Both the position numbers and the translations under genes were made by a program. From IMG/VR virus record IMGVR_UViG_3300032753_001573, positions 91,689-155,688 of that record: 64,000 bases of DNA. The stretch is one strand, 5' to 3'. The stretch is from a virus. The notes beneath the pieces were generated by a model, which did no database searches, was not told the origin of the DNA, and saw only the letters and a program-made list of their open reading frames with translations. Positions 9,324-19,479 of this stretch are shown piece after piece (position 1 is the stretch's first letter; each line of letters starts with the position of its first letter).

Positions 9324-10259
9324 GTGAAAACTCCAACTTTAGGAGAATTGTTGGCTAATAGTCAACGTGTGCTAATCGGCGTTAGTGGTGGTGCAGACTC
9401 TATGGCATTGCTACATATGATTCACCAAGAACGCGACAATTTAGCTAAAGATTTCAAAGTTCTGCATGTAGATCATCAGATTAATCCTAATAGTGCTGCA
9501 TGGGCCAAGCTTGTGGAAGATTATTGCGCTAGCATTGACATGCCCTGCGAAGTGGTCACAGTTGACGTGTCGATGTGGGGAAATAATTTAGAGCAAGCTG
9601 CTCGAAAAAGCCGTTATGATGCATTTTCAAAACAAGATTGCGATACCATTGTGCTAGCTCACCACGCTGACGATCAGGTAGAAACATTCTTTCTCAAGTT
9701 GTTCAGGGGTAGCGGTCCCAAAGGGTTGAGGTGCATGAGCCCAAATTCCCCCTGTTGGTTTGACGAGAGCAAACGAGTCGTGCGACCATTGCTAGACATG
9801 TCTAAATCGCAACTTGTTGAATATGTTCATGACAATAATATCCCTTATGTTACAGATCCCAGCAATGTTGATATCAGCTATGATCGCAATTGGATTCGAC
9901 AGTGTCTAGTACCAACCATTCAAGAGCGCAATGAAATTGCAGACATCAACATCCGCAAAGCTGCTGCTATTCAAGAAGAAGCTTATGGGTTGATGACTGA
10001 TCTAGCTCGTATTGATCTTGATAATGTAAAGATGTCAAATGGTGATTTAGATTGGAAGAAGCTGCGTTTGCTGAGCGTGCCACGAGTTAAAAATTTAGTG
10101 ATGTTTGTTTGTGCAGAAAACAACATTATTGATGTCAGTATTCACCATGTTGAAGCCTTTGCTAGAGGTCTCATCAATGCAGACTACGACAGCAAGAATG
10201 AGCTAAGGCTAAGAGACTTTCACATGTATAAGCGCGGTCGCCGCGTTATCATTGACTGA
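9324..10259 (+). CDS. tilS: tRNA(Ile)-lysidine synthetase, short form
   Basis: SGGADS PP-loop, HVDHQI, EQAARKSRY, AHHADDQVETF, RPLL, DPSN...RNWIR. Confidence 0.93.
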   Translation: MKTPTLGELLANSQRVLIGVSGGADSMALLHMIHQERDNLAKDFKVLHVDHQINPNSAAWAKLVEDYCASIDMPCEVVTVDVSMWGNNLEQAARKSRYDAFSKQDCDTIVLAHHADDQVETFFLKLFRGSGPKGLRCMSPNSPCWFDESKRVVRPLLDMSKSQLVEYVHDNNIPYVTDPSNVDISYDRNWIRQCLVPTIQERNEIADINIRKAAAIQEEAYGLMTDLARIDLDNVKMSNGDLDWKKLRLLSVPRVKNLVMFVCAENNIIDVSIHHVEAFARGLINADYDSKNELRLRDFHMYKRGRRVIID

Positions 10260-10347
10260 TTTCAACTATATATAGTATAATTATATTTGTGCATCGAGAC
10301 AAGCCATGAGTGCTATACTCGAATGTGCTACCAAACAGGAGAGAACC

Positions 10348-10992
10348 ATGACTAAAAAACATGCTATCGCGTGTGTAATAGCGCTTTTGGCGTCTGCATC
10401 AACTATGCAAATAAACACTGCATCGGCTATTGAGAATAATTCTATTGATATACATCATAAACATACCCGTCATATGAAAAATGAAGCTAATGAATCTGTA
10501 ACAACAAATAACATTGGTCATAATAAACATGCAGTAGACAATACATTAAATTCTAACCAATTGTCAAACACAAATGATAATGTGCTGAATGTAGCAAGTA
10601 ACTATATTGGTTTGAAATCCAGCACCAATCGATTTGAGCTTATGGATTTATTTAGGGGTGAGTTTTTACGTAATATAGATCCAACTCGTATACCATGGTG
10701 TGCAGCATTTGTTAATGCTATTTTGAAAAAGTCTGGTACCGATAGCACGCATAGCCTTGATGCAAACAGTTTTATGACATGGGGACATACCACCAACTCT
10801 CCTAAAACAGGCGATATAGTTCTTCTGAGGTTTGGTCGCCACACAGGTATTGATCACGTTGGTTTCTATCTTGATACTGTGGTTGTAGATGGAGAACATT
10901 ATATCAGAGTTGTAGGCGGTAATCAGAGTCACCAAGTGCAGGTGTCTTATTTCAGGCCTACACAAGTAGTGTCATATAGAACTGCTAGTTAA
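10348..10992 (+). CDS. secreted TIGR02594-like NlpC/P60 peptidoglycan hydrolase
   Basis: Signal-peptide-like N-terminus; PWCAAFVN, GDIV, HVGF, GGNQS. Confidence 0.8.
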   Translation: MTKKHAIACVIALLASASTMQINTASAIENNSIDIHHKHTRHMKNEANESVTTNNIGHNKHAVDNTLNSNQLSNTNDNVLNVASNYIGLKSSTNRFELMDLFRGEFLRNIDPTRIPWCAAFVNAILKKSGTDSTHSLDANSFMTWGHTTNSPKTGDIVLLRFGRHTGIDHVGFYLDTVVVDGEHYIRVVGGNQSHQVQVSYFRPTQVVSYRTAS

Positions 10993-11053
10993 TTAGGTAC
11001 CTCGGTTAAATTTAACAACCATACTCTTAGCTACCCAACCAACAAAATTTAAT

Positions 11054-12304
11054 TTATTGTCTATACATATCATATAAACAATTATTGCATATCAGTGCAT
11101 TTTGATTGTTCATTAGGTTGGAGAGATTATGAAGGCAAGTTTCTCTAGATTCATCTATAAATCTAGAGAACTTATCGCTGGGCCAACTGGCTATATCTGA
11201 TATCAAATCTATGATCTTTTGCATTCTAATGTTACCATCCACAATATCGTCATAACTTTCATCTATCCAGTTGCCAAACGTCTTGTATCCTAGATTTCTA
11301 AGTTCTGCTAGAGATCCTGTAGAATTTAACATGATGAATGGTTGGCAATATCTAATAGGATGGAAGGTCTTCTCACTGAAGAATATCGAATCTTCATAAA
11401 ACATAGTTTCAGTAACAATGCTCATACCGGTACGAGAATAATAATAACCAACATTGTTGTTTTCATGGTAATTGGCTAAGTTTGGTGTCCAGTTGTCTGT
11501 ATCTACAATCATTGGTAGTTTTGGATACAGTTTTTCTAATGATTCTATTGTGATTTTATAGTCGGGTGTGACTGAGGGTAATGCTATTCTAGCATAGTCT
11601 AATATATCAATGTCAAATGAATATTTGCTGAAGCTGATAACAAAATAATCTAACAGGTTTGCTTCGTATAATTTAGATAGTAGTAATAACCTGTGTGGTC
11701 TATGTATCCTATTGAACGAAAGGAATCTTTTTATTAAAGGCAGCTTGATGTCAGACCGGTGTCCTTCTTTTGCCAAGTTTCGTGCTATTCTTTCAAAAGT
11801 TAAATTTACCAAAGGTCTAATATTGTAACCTTTATTGGCAAAATGGTCATTTGCATTAATTGACCCTGTAATAAACAATACTCTATCTAACGGTATATTT
11901 CTTTTGAGCATGAATGATTCTGCTGCATGTACCCGTGCATCATCATACCAACACTCTGATGCAAGATTAATAGCTATGAACCCTAATTTTTTGTGCAAAC
12001 CGTCTATCAATAATGGATTAGACAAAAACTTATCTAACATTGGACTATCTTCTGCGAAGATGTCTCTGTCATAATACCATTGCAATACATATATCCATTT
12101 GTCGTTCTGAGATAGGTCTTGTACATTTTTATATTCAAATCTTGGATCGTGATCGAAGATGTCGTTTAACGTATCATCTTGGAAAAACCAATCTTTGTCC
12201 AAATCAATTGCCCATGGTCCTATTAAATTGTCGCCTATCCAGTTCCATTGAGGTTTACCTTCTTTGGATTCGTGGAACAATATATAAACTTTGTGATCGG
12301 ACAT
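11054..12304 (-). CDS. glycosyltransferase-like phage protein
   Basis: FLSFNR..RPHR, IVTET...FFSEKTF.PI..QPF, LRNLGYKTF..IDESYD motifs. Confidence 0.65.
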   Translation of the reverse strand: MSDHKVYILFHESKEGKPQWNWIGDNLIGPWAIDLDKDWFFQDDTLNDIFDHDPRFEYKNVQDLSQNDKWIYVLQWYYDRDIFAEDSPMLDKFLSNPLLIDGLHKKLGFIAINLASECWYDDARVHAAESFMLKRNIPLDRVLFITGSINANDHFANKGYNIRPLVNLTFERIARNLAKEGHRSDIKLPLIKRFLSFNRIHRPHRLLLLSKLYEANLLDYFVISFSKYSFDIDILDYARIALPSVTPDYKITIESLEKLYPKLPMIVDTDNWTPNLANYHENNNVGYYYSRTGMSIVTETMFYEDSIFFSEKTFHPIRYCQPFIMLNSTGSLAELRNLGYKTFGNWIDESYDDIVDGNIRMQKIIDLISDIASWPSDKFSRFIDESRETCLHNLSNLMNNQNALICNNCLYDMYRQ

Positions 12305-12398
12305 TTGTGATATTTACCAACTGTATATCACAAGAAAAATGTGCGTTTGACAGATCGCAGCACACGACGTATCATTATAACAGTGACGAGGTATCAAC

Positions 12399-12881
12399 AT
12401 GAATCTAAAAATATTTGGATTATCCAACAAAGTAAATCACAAGATGATACGTTGTGCATCCCATTATTATATTGATAAACTAATGACAGATCATTCTGAT
12501 GTTAAAGTGAATTTAAGGTTTATGAATGGACTTATTGATAAAATGAGTACCAAAGCACAAACCAAACAGAATCTGCATTCTTTTACTATCAACATTGACT
12601 GTGACATGGGCGTCAATCAAACTCTTAGATCTATTGCGCATGAAATGGTACATGTCAAACAATTTGCACAGAAGCAGTTGATATATCATGCTGATGACAA
12701 TTTGGTATATTGGAGAGGTGACATTGTGTCGTGGAACCAGCAAGATTTAGAGGTCTATTATAATAGTCCATGGGAAGTTGAAGCAAACGGCAGAGAGATT
12801 GGACTATATGAGATGTTCAAAATACACTGGAGAAAAATCAAACGCAAAGAACGTTTGAAAATTTCCAAAGCTAGCTGTTGA
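12399..12881 (+). CDS. HExxH metallopeptidase-like protein
   Basis: AHEMVHVKQ and PWEVEA. Confidence 0.8.
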   Translation: MNLKIFGLSNKVNHKMIRCASHYYIDKLMTDHSDVKVNLRFMNGLIDKMSTKAQTKQNLHSFTINIDCDMGVNQTLRSIAHEMVHVKQFAQKQLIYHADDNLVYWRGDIVSWNQQDLEVYYNSPWEVEANGREIGLYEMFKIHWRKIKRKERLKISKASC

Positions 12882-12934
12882 CAAATACAAAATCAATGCT
12901 ATATTAAATGTCACGCAGCAATAGGGAGTTTATC

Positions 12935-13351
12935 ATGGGTTTGGATATGTATCTTGAAGGTCGCAAATATCTAACTTCAGACTGGGACGATCCTCAACAG
13001 GATGTTACCGAAGATGGATTTAGACTCAAAGAGAAGACCCTAGAACTTGGCTATTGGAGGAAGCATCCAAATTTACATGGATATATTGTGAATAATTTTG
13101 CTGATGGTGCATATAACTGTCAGCCAATTGTTCTAAATGAGCCAGATATCAAAGATATCATTCACGCTATCAAGTACGATAGTTTGCCGCACACTACTGG
13201 CTTTTTCTTTGGTACTAGTACTGCACTTGACAGTCCTTCATACGAAGAAGAAAAACAAGAAGATATTGAGATTTTTAACAAAGCTTTGAAATGGCTAGAA
13301 GTTGATGAACCCAAGACACATAAGAGTGTAATTTATCAAGCAAGTTGGTAA
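12935..13351 (+). CDS. conserved phage protein (MGLDMYL family)
   Basis: MGLDMYL, YWRKHP.LH, GFFFG, YQASW; GGAG RBS. Confidence 0.75.
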   Translation: MGLDMYLEGRKYLTSDWDDPQQDVTEDGFRLKEKTLELGYWRKHPNLHGYIVNNFADGAYNCQPIVLNEPDIKDIIHAIKYDSLPHTTGFFFGTSTALDSPSYEEEKQEDIEIFNKALKWLEVDEPKTHKSVIYQASW

Positions 13352-13358
13352 CAGGATA

Positions 13359-13517
13359 ATGTATACAGTATCAACTATATTGAAAACTATAGGAAGCGTT
13401 GTGCGCAATGTGTTCCTATATGGATTGTTTTGCGGGTTGATATTTCTAGTAGTTACGCATTATGCTAGAGAAGTATCTGTAATGTTGTTTATGCTGATGG
13501 CATTGTCTGTACTGTGA
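13359..13517 (+). CDS. 52-aa membrane protein (below the ORF-track cutoff)
   Basis: Hand translation MYTVSTILKTIGSVVRNVFLYGLFCGLIFLVV...; hairpin terminator at about 13541-13577. Confidence 0.5.
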   Translation: MYTVSTILKTIGSVVRNVFLYGLFCGLIFLVVTHYAREVSVMLFMLMALSVL

Positions 13518-13649
13518 TCTTACATTTGATTAATGTACATTAATCTCGCGTATGTTATAAAAATACGCGAGATTTTGTTAAATTTTTTTGGTTGACATAT
13601 CTTCTGCAGATGCTAATATCTAGCTTGAGGTTCGCAGGAGGACGTTAAT

Positions 13650-13850
13650 ATGTACAATGACAACCGTAATTTTGACCGTCAGTTCCGCTTGTTCAATATA
13701 ATTTTCTGGACGTTTTTTGTTATTGTGGTTGTGGGAATTGGAACCATTTGGTATCTTACTATTAGCAATTTCCTTCATTATTCTCAGAATCCCGCCGAAA
13801 TTGGGCATTTTATGGGCGAAATTGTCAAGGGTTTCAATGACACAAAATAA
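13650..13850 (+). CDS. small membrane protein
   Basis: TTGACA promoter at 13592, GGAGG RBS, one hydrophobic helix. Confidence 0.7.
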   Translation: MYNDNRNFDRQFRLFNIIFWTFFVIVVVGIGTIWYLTISNFLHYSQNPAEIGHFMGEIVKGFNDTK

Positions 13851-13908
13851 TGGTTGACCAAATATATTCAATGTGTTAATCATAGGCAAACGCAACGGAG
13901 ACGCTACA

Positions 13909-14142
13909 GTGGTTACTCTCGATTACCTTCGTACGGAATTTCCAAGGCTCAAGATGGGTCAGGCAATCACAGGCCGTATTCCCATGTCGTACTTTGAAGC
14001 TAATGAAGCATAAATACGTCGCATTGCTAAGGATGCAGCCTTGAAAATCTTTTATCGAGGACCTCGCCGCAGCAATCGCAGCTTGGGTCGTCCTACCAAT
14101 ACACGCCGCTGCGATGCTGTGGCGGTTGTGCTCTCGGCTTAA
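13909..14142 (+). pseudogene. small early gene interrupted by an in-frame TAA at 14011
   Basis: Promoter and GGAG RBS, GTG start; MVTLDYLR...FEANEA*IRRIAKDAALKIFYRGPRRS...VLSA*. Confidence 0.7.
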
Positions 14143-14154
14143 GGAGTATCGCAA

Positions 14155-14367
14155 ATGTCTACAGATAATAACAGTTATCGCAGCAATATGGACTTTCCTG
14201 TTGAAGCCCTTGCTATTGCCATGTGGGGTGTTAGTAACAACGGACCTCGCGATCTAGAAGATCATGAGATTGTTGAGCGTGCTGCTCGAAAGATTGAAAC
14301 TCTCAAGAAGATGATTTTGGCAACTGGCTTCAGTGAAAAGATGCTCAATATCATCATGGAAGAATAA
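14155..14367 (+). CDS. hypothetical protein
   Basis: AAGGAG RBS, 70 aa. Confidence 0.7.
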   Translation: MSTDNNSYRSNMDFPVEALAIAMWGVSNNGPRDLEDHEIVERAARKIETLKKMILATGFSEKMLNIIMEE

Positions 14368-14430
14368 AATAGTTGACAGCACCCCATAAGGTGCTAGTGT
14401 GCAATATAACGAAACAAGGAGATACCCATC

Positions 14431-14598
14431 ATGTTGTATACCGTTTGGCTCGTTAATTTCAATACTGTTGTTTATGAGGGACCCGACCGTGATGCGGCTA
14501 TGGCTGCTGCTATTCGCACAGGTCTTGAATGTGCAATGGCCTTTGATAACAAGGTTATGAACTGGAGCCCCGTTGGTGGCTGGCGCTATCTTTGCTGA
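14431..14598 (+). CDS. 55-aa hypothetical protein (below the ORF-track cutoff)
   Basis: TTGACA promoter at 14373, AAGGAG RBS; MLYTVWLVNF...WSPVGGWRYLC. Confidence 0.7.
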   Translation: MLYTVWLVNFNTVVYEGPDRDAAMAAAIRTGLECAMAFDNKVMNWSPVGGWRYLC

Positions 14599-14614
14599 AT
14601 TACAGGAGAATCAA

Positions 14615-14785
14615 GTGGATTATCGCACTACTGAAATTGAAACTGAGTTTGACGAACAGGGTAACTGTACATATCTAGTCATGTGTTTTGTTAGGGATCA
14701 GAGAGAGCCTGTTGATATTCAGCGATTCTCTGAGCTCGCAGATGCACGTAAGTTCACTCGCCGTTGGTGTAACGGTACTGTGTAA
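14615..14785 (+). CDS. hypothetical protein
   Basis: AGGAG RBS before GTG 14615. Confidence 0.6.
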   Translation: MDYRTTEIETEFDEQGNCTYLVMCFVRDQREPVDIQRFSELADARKFTRRWCNGTV

Positions 14786-14813
14786 ATAGAAACATCAACT
14801 AGGAGAGAATTAT

Positions 14814-15076
14814 ATGACTGATCGCAAGACTGATGAAGAAGAACTAGTGCAGGATATGCCTATGAAGCTCTAGAAGAGGAATTTGGAGAGGGAGTTGACT
14901 CCTCCGTTGAAAAGTTGGTTATTCAGGCAAATGACTTTGAAGAACTCTATGCCAACTTGGTTAATGCTCTGGGATATGACCTAGCAAGTGCAGTATTTGA
15001 GCAGATATCTAGTGTACATGTGATTAATGGCAAACTTACAGAGTCTCCTGCCACTATTTACGATACTATCCACTAA
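14814..15076 (+). pseudogene. acidic hypothetical protein with a -1 frameshift near 14837-14870
   Basis: AGGAG-ATG frame stops at 14873; the -1 frame is open 14837-15076 (GYAYEALEEEF...YDTIH*) with no RBS-backed start of its own. Confidence 0.6.
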
Positions 15077-15134
15077 GGATTTGCCGCCAAGGTGTAGCGT
15101 TAAATTAAAATCATTATTTTGAGGAGAACCGTGT

Positions 15135-15545
15135 ATGTTTGGAAAATTGTTTGGATCTTCAACTTTTTTGCCGCCGATGCCTAAACCGGTTGAGTTGCCA
15201 CGAATGCCAAAGGTAGGAGGCAATTGGAAGGAGGATTTTGTCAAAACTCCTTATTTTAGGACAGACTGGTCTATAGCTTCGATTATCTGTGTGATTAGGA
15301 CTATGGGATTGCTAGACACCGAAATAGTACCAGACGAGTTCTTTTGGGAATGGGCCAGGCAGTATGAGTTTAGAAACGGTATTACAGAAGGTGACCGAGA
15401 ACTTGCTAACAAAATAATGAGTGTATATTCAGCTTGGCATTTTATGAAGGCAGAAAAAATTGAACGTAAAGATCTAGCCGATAGGTTGGTGAAGTTTTGG
15501 AATCTCTGTCAGCAGTATATTATAGATAACGATATTATTTTGTGA
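15135..15545 (+). CDS. hypothetical protein
   Basis: GAGGAG RBS, 136 aa. Confidence 0.7.
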   Translation: MFGKLFGSSTFLPPMPKPVELPRMPKVGGNWKEDFVKTPYFRTDWSIASIICVIRTMGLLDTEIVPDEFFWEWARQYEFRNGITEGDRELANKIMSVYSAWHFMKAEKIERKDLADRLVKFWNLCQQYIIDNDIIL

Positions 15546-15615
15546 GTTAAAATAACTGTTGACACAGTTCACAAAGATGCTATAGTTGCGACATAGGGCA
15601 ATAGAGGAGCTTAGC

Positions 15616-16338
15616 ATGTATTACAGATATGCTGCGTACAATAGCAAGTCTAGCCGTAAGAAGACTCAATCACAAGTCCCTGTTGTTGAATATCCTATTG
15701 CAGATGTTTTTGCCGCAGCCGCTGCTGCTCAGCGTGTCAATGGCGAGTATGTAAAAGAATCACGTATTGAATACCGCAAGGTTGGCAATAACGAAGAAGC
15801 TGTGCAGATCACGCCCAACAAGATTCTTATTCGCAAATTCCTTTCAGATAGTGCTGATCAAATTACTGATGATGATCGAAATGAAGGCGCGGCAGTCCGC
15901 AGCTATTGGAAGCTCAAGATGTTTGCGCTTCTGCAGGGTAATGCATCTGACTATATTTCAAAAGCCGTTGAACTAGCTAGCAAAGAGACTATTGCAAGCA
16001 ATGATGCACTTAGCCTTGCGCTGATATCCAGCTTGCCTGCTGGTTATATTCGAGGCATGGAACGCGATGTTCGCGACGAGGTTAAACAAGATGCAGTGTT
16101 ACTGAGTGAGTATCAAGGCCGAGAAGGCGATCGCATTAAAGGTCGAGTGCAGGTACTTGATTGCATTTACAGTCAAAAATGGCTATGCTATTATGTCACT
16201 GGCAAGATTGGTAACAATGTGTTCATGTGGGCGTCAAAGTCTGAGATCAATAGTGGCTCTGAATTTGAATTGCAGGGACGTGTTAAACGACACCGTGACA
16301 ATAACATTACGCAACTAAATTATGTAAGACTTAAATGA
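15616..16338 (+). CDS. hypothetical protein with an OB-fold-like C-terminus
   Basis: Promoter at 15559, GAGGAG RBS; C-terminal GRVKRH....TQLNYV. Confidence 0.7.
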   Translation: MYYRYAAYNSKSSRKKTQSQVPVVEYPIADVFAAAAAAQRVNGEYVKESRIEYRKVGNNEEAVQITPNKILIRKFLSDSADQITDDDRNEGAAVRSYWKLKMFALLQGNASDYISKAVELASKETIASNDALSLALISSLPAGYIRGMERDVRDEVKQDAVLLSEYQGREGDRIKGRVQVLDCIYSQKWLCYYVTGKIGNNVFMWASKSEINSGSEFELQGRVKRHRDNNITQLNYVRLK

Positions 16339-16385
16339 GAACGCTAATGTACAGACAACCAATGCTCAATCCAGGAGATGTATCA

Positions 16386-16577
16386 ATGAAAGAACTAATG
16401 GTAATTGTAGGCGCGATAGTAGTTTTAGCAGCTATTATTCTGTCGCCGTTAGCTGTTATTTGGTCCGTAAATACCCTGTTCAAAACTGGTATTGAATACA
16501 CATTTGTCAATTGGTTAGCTATGCTGGTATTGCAAGGTGCATTGACTGTTAGGTACAGTAATTCATCTAAGAAGTAA
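16386..16577 (+). CDS. small membrane protein
   Basis: AGGAG RBS; PLAVIWSVNTLF motif, two hydrophobic segments. Confidence 0.65.
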   Translation: MKELMVIVGAIVVLAAIILSPLAVIWSVNTLFKTGIEYTFVNWLAMLVLQGALTVRYSNSSKK

Positions 16578-17056
16578 TGGCACACCTAGCATTTGCTATG
16601 GAATGGTGGTACATAGGCCATCGCGCCCGCCTATGTACTACCATTGTTAACGCTACATCATCAGAGAAATCTGCCATCAAAAAATGGTGCCAAACGCACG
16701 GGTTGAAATTTAAAAATTCTAAATCTTGGCAGGATTATTTAGAATCTGTGTGGTGCGAGAAGTTTGGAATTAAGAACTCCGATGACATTTGGTATAGTCA
16801 TAGTGAATTTCAAGCATATGGTAGCGACAGCAAGCTAATTGAGCTAGATAAGTTTTTGAAGACATTCCCAACCAGACCTTACGAATTAATAGTGTCTGGT
16901 ATGTCTGAAAAAGAACTAAAGGCAATTTGCAAAGGCTCCAATCACAACATAATCAAAGACCTTGAAAAAGAAGGTAGGTTCTGCGTTAGCTTGAGCGATG
17001 TCAATACATTCATATACCTAACATTGAAAGCTGACATTAGATACAATATAAGTTGA
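16577..17056 (+). CDS. hypothetical protein
   Basis: TAATG coupling to the upstream gene. Confidence 0.65.
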   Translation: MAHLAFAMEWWYIGHRARLCTTIVNATSSEKSAIKKWCQTHGLKFKNSKSWQDYLESVWCEKFGIKNSDDIWYSHSEFQAYGSDSKLIELDKFLKTFPTRPYELIVSGMSEKELKAICKGSNHNIIKDLEKEGRFCVSLSDVNTFIYLTLKADIRYNIS

Positions 17057-17086
17057 CAGATACACAATACATCATATCATTATGAT

Positions 17087-17809
17087 ATGAGTAACCCTTC
17101 TGCATTAGTTGTCATACCAACTACAGGCGCACAACATCTATCTACTGCTATTGGTAGTGTACTAACCCAAACACACTCTAATGTAGAGTGTCTTGTGGTA
17201 ATAGATGGTCCTGATTTTATTTCAGCAGCAAAGTCTATAACAGATCAGTTTCCTACAGTAAAGATCATGACGCTTCCTTGGAACACAGGGGCCAATGGTT
17301 TTTATGGGCACAGGATATATGCTGCTACCAGTTTCATCAATAATCATGACTATTGGCTAGCATTAGATCAAGACAACTATTTCAAACCAACACATGTTGA
17401 AGAACAAATCAGCAACTGTGAAAATAATCAGTTGGATTGGAGTTACAGCCTACGCAGCATCTATGATAAAGATGGCAATTATCTATTAGATGACAATTGC
17501 GAAAGTTTAGGTAAGTGGCCAATATTCTTAGGAGATCAGCATCATCTAGTTGATACCAGTTGTTATTGCATACGACGAGAAGTCTTAACTAGGATAGGCG
17601 GTGCATGGTATGGGGGTTGGGGCGGAGATCGTCAATTTTATGCCACCATAAGTCATTACTTCCCTAAATTCTCCACAACAGGGTTGCATAGTGTATGTTA
17701 TAGATTAGACGGCAATCCCAATAGCGTAAATGCAGACTTCTTTGTCAAAGGCAATGCAGAGATGGCTAGAAAGTACGGAGGAATCTTCCCATGGATTGCG
17801 AAACATTAA
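17087..17809 (+). CDS. glycosyltransferase family 2
   Basis: VVIPTTG, VVIDGP, LDQDN. Confidence 0.85.
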   Translation: MSNPSALVVIPTTGAQHLSTAIGSVLTQTHSNVECLVVIDGPDFISAAKSITDQFPTVKIMTLPWNTGANGFYGHRIYAATSFINNHDYWLALDQDNYFKPTHVEEQISNCENNQLDWSYSLRSIYDKDGNYLLDDNCESLGKWPIFLGDQHHLVDTSCYCIRREVLTRIGGAWYGGWGGDRQFYATISHYFPKFSTTGLHSVCYRLDGNPNSVNADFFVKGNAEMARKYGGIFPWIAKH

Positions 17810-18054
17810 CAGCCAAAATTAAAGAAGGTCACCTAGTAATAAACATAACCTATCGTCTAAGCTTTGACGACGATAGCAACTTAGTGTCAGCTGAACCAGA
17901 AGACAATTACAGATATGTATGGAGCGATAGCATGGACGACTTCCTAGCTAACTGTTTTGGCGAATATAAAGTCAACGCAACAGAGTTTACACTGACGTTT
18001 AGTGACAGCCGCGACTACATGCGTTATTGTTTGGCTATTGATAGTGAGTACTAA
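17791..18054 (+). CDS. hypothetical protein
   Basis: GGAGG upstream; 87 aa. Confidence 0.6.
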   Translation: MDCETLTAKIKEGHLVINITYRLSFDDDSNLVSAEPEDNYRYVWSDSMDDFLANCFGEYKVNATEFTLTFSDSRDYMRYCLAIDSEY

Positions 18055-18080
18055 ATGCCGTCTTGGCGTTAAATAACATC

Positions 18081-18548
18081 ATGAAAGATTACATCAAATA
18101 TTTTGCTTACGGCCACAATACCAACATTAGTGAATTCAAAAAGCGAGTACCCGGCGCTAGATTATTAGGTACCGGAACGCTGTTTGGGTGGAGACTGGAA
18201 CTTAAACATTTTGCCAATATAGTGCGCGATGCTGATAGCAGTGTGCAAGGTGTTTTGTATAGCATGCTTCGTACACAACTAAAGAACTTAGATAAAGATG
18301 AAGATTATCACGATCACTATGACAGAACTAGAGTAACAGTTGATGTAAGTGGCGAACGAGTATCAGCTATCACTTATGTTATGACAAATGATTACGAACA
18401 TGCTCAATTACCAAACTCTAAAAAATTGCCAACTGCAAAATATATAAATTGGATTGCACAGGGATACCGAGAGAACCTTATCGGGCTAGCTCAGTTGATC
18501 ACAGCATTAGAAGATAGAATTAACGATGCATACAACAAAAACTCATGA
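18081..18548 (+). CDS. gamma-glutamylcyclotransferase (AIG2-like) family protein
   Basis: YFAYGHN, ANIV, VQGVLY, LDKDE, Y...I..GY. Confidence 0.85.
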   Translation: MKDYIKYFAYGHNTNISEFKKRVPGARLLGTGTLFGWRLELKHFANIVRDADSSVQGVLYSMLRTQLKNLDKDEDYHDHYDRTRVTVDVSGERVSAITYVMTNDYEHAQLPNSKKLPTAKYINWIAQGYRENLIGLAQLITALEDRINDAYNKNS

Positions 18549-18795
18549 AAGGTCTGATTGGGGTTATTCAAAGACCTTTTCATCCTACGACGATGCTAAT
18601 TCTATTGATAGAATCGAACTTGGTTATATAGTTAAGTTACCAGATGCTGTTGTGAGACGCGCTCTAACAGAATGGTGCAAATCTAACTGCAAATCCAAAT
18701 GGGGATGGTGGTTTGATGCTGACAATGGCTATATAGGATTTGAAAGTTTAGAAGAGAAGATGCAGTTCTGCCTCAGTACTGACTATATGAATTGA
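18526..18795 (+). CDS. hypothetical protein
   Basis: WCKSNC..KWGWWF...F....F.L motif. Confidence 0.6.
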   Translation: MHTTKTHERSDWGYSKTFSSYDDANSIDRIELGYIVKLPDAVVRRALTEWCKSNCKSKWGWWFDADNGYIGFESLEEKMQFCLSTDYMN

Positions 18796-18847
18796 CAAAT
18801 TTATGCAGTAGTAGACATACTCTATTATAAAAATAGAGGATGAATCT

Positions 18848-19231
18848 ATGAATCACACAGAGATGGTAGCAGAGTTCCATAAGACCTATTCAGCATATAT
18901 TAGCGATAGGCCACAACTTCCTTCGCCAGAAGTTCGAGAATTGCGTTATAAGCTACTAAAGGAAGAATGGGAAGAATATGTAGAAGCTGAGTCCAATCAT
19001 GATCTAGTGGAAATAGCAGATGCACTTGGTGATATGCTGTACATTATACACGGAACTGCAGTAAGCTATGGTATACCTATCAATGAGATATTTGAAGAGA
19101 TACATCGCAGCAATATGAGCAAGTTGGGCGAAGACGGTAAGCCTATACGCAGAGAAGATGGCAAGGTTATGAAGGGGCCAAACTATTTTAAACCTGATAT
19201 TGCTGGAATAATTAACTCAGTTGAACGATAA
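18848..19231 (+). CDS. MazG-like / PRA-PH nucleotide pyrophosphohydrolase
   Basis: EEWEE, EIADALGDMLY, EIHRSNMSK, REDGKVMKGPNY. Confidence 0.9.
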   Translation: MNHTEMVAEFHKTYSAYISDRPQLPSPEVRELRYKLLKEEWEEYVEAESNHDLVEIADALGDMLYIIHGTAVSYGIPINEIFEEIHRSNMSKLGEDGKPIRREDGKVMKGPNYFKPDIAGIINSVER

Positions 19232-19479
19232 TGGCTACCATAATATATTACCATGCGGTGTGCGAGCGCTGTATGGTAAAATGCGTTAAACATCACAAAG
19301 ATAATGGCAACTGGGGTATGATATCTTGGTCTGAATGTCCAATATGCGGCAACGGAGATCCACAACTTGATACAGATGATTGTGGATTAACGGACGACGA
19401 GTTAGAGAGCAATCGCAGGTTCTTGATGTTTATGAAAGGTCAAGATCCAGATGAAACAATAGGTGAAACATGGGATTAG
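19231..19479 (+). CDS. zinc-finger protein, paralogue A
   Basis: CERC...CPICG...FLMFMKG. Confidence 0.7.
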   Translation: MATIIYYHAVCERCMVKCVKHHKDNGNWGMISWSECPICGNGDPQLDTDDCGLTDDELESNRRFLMFMKGQDPDETIGETWD

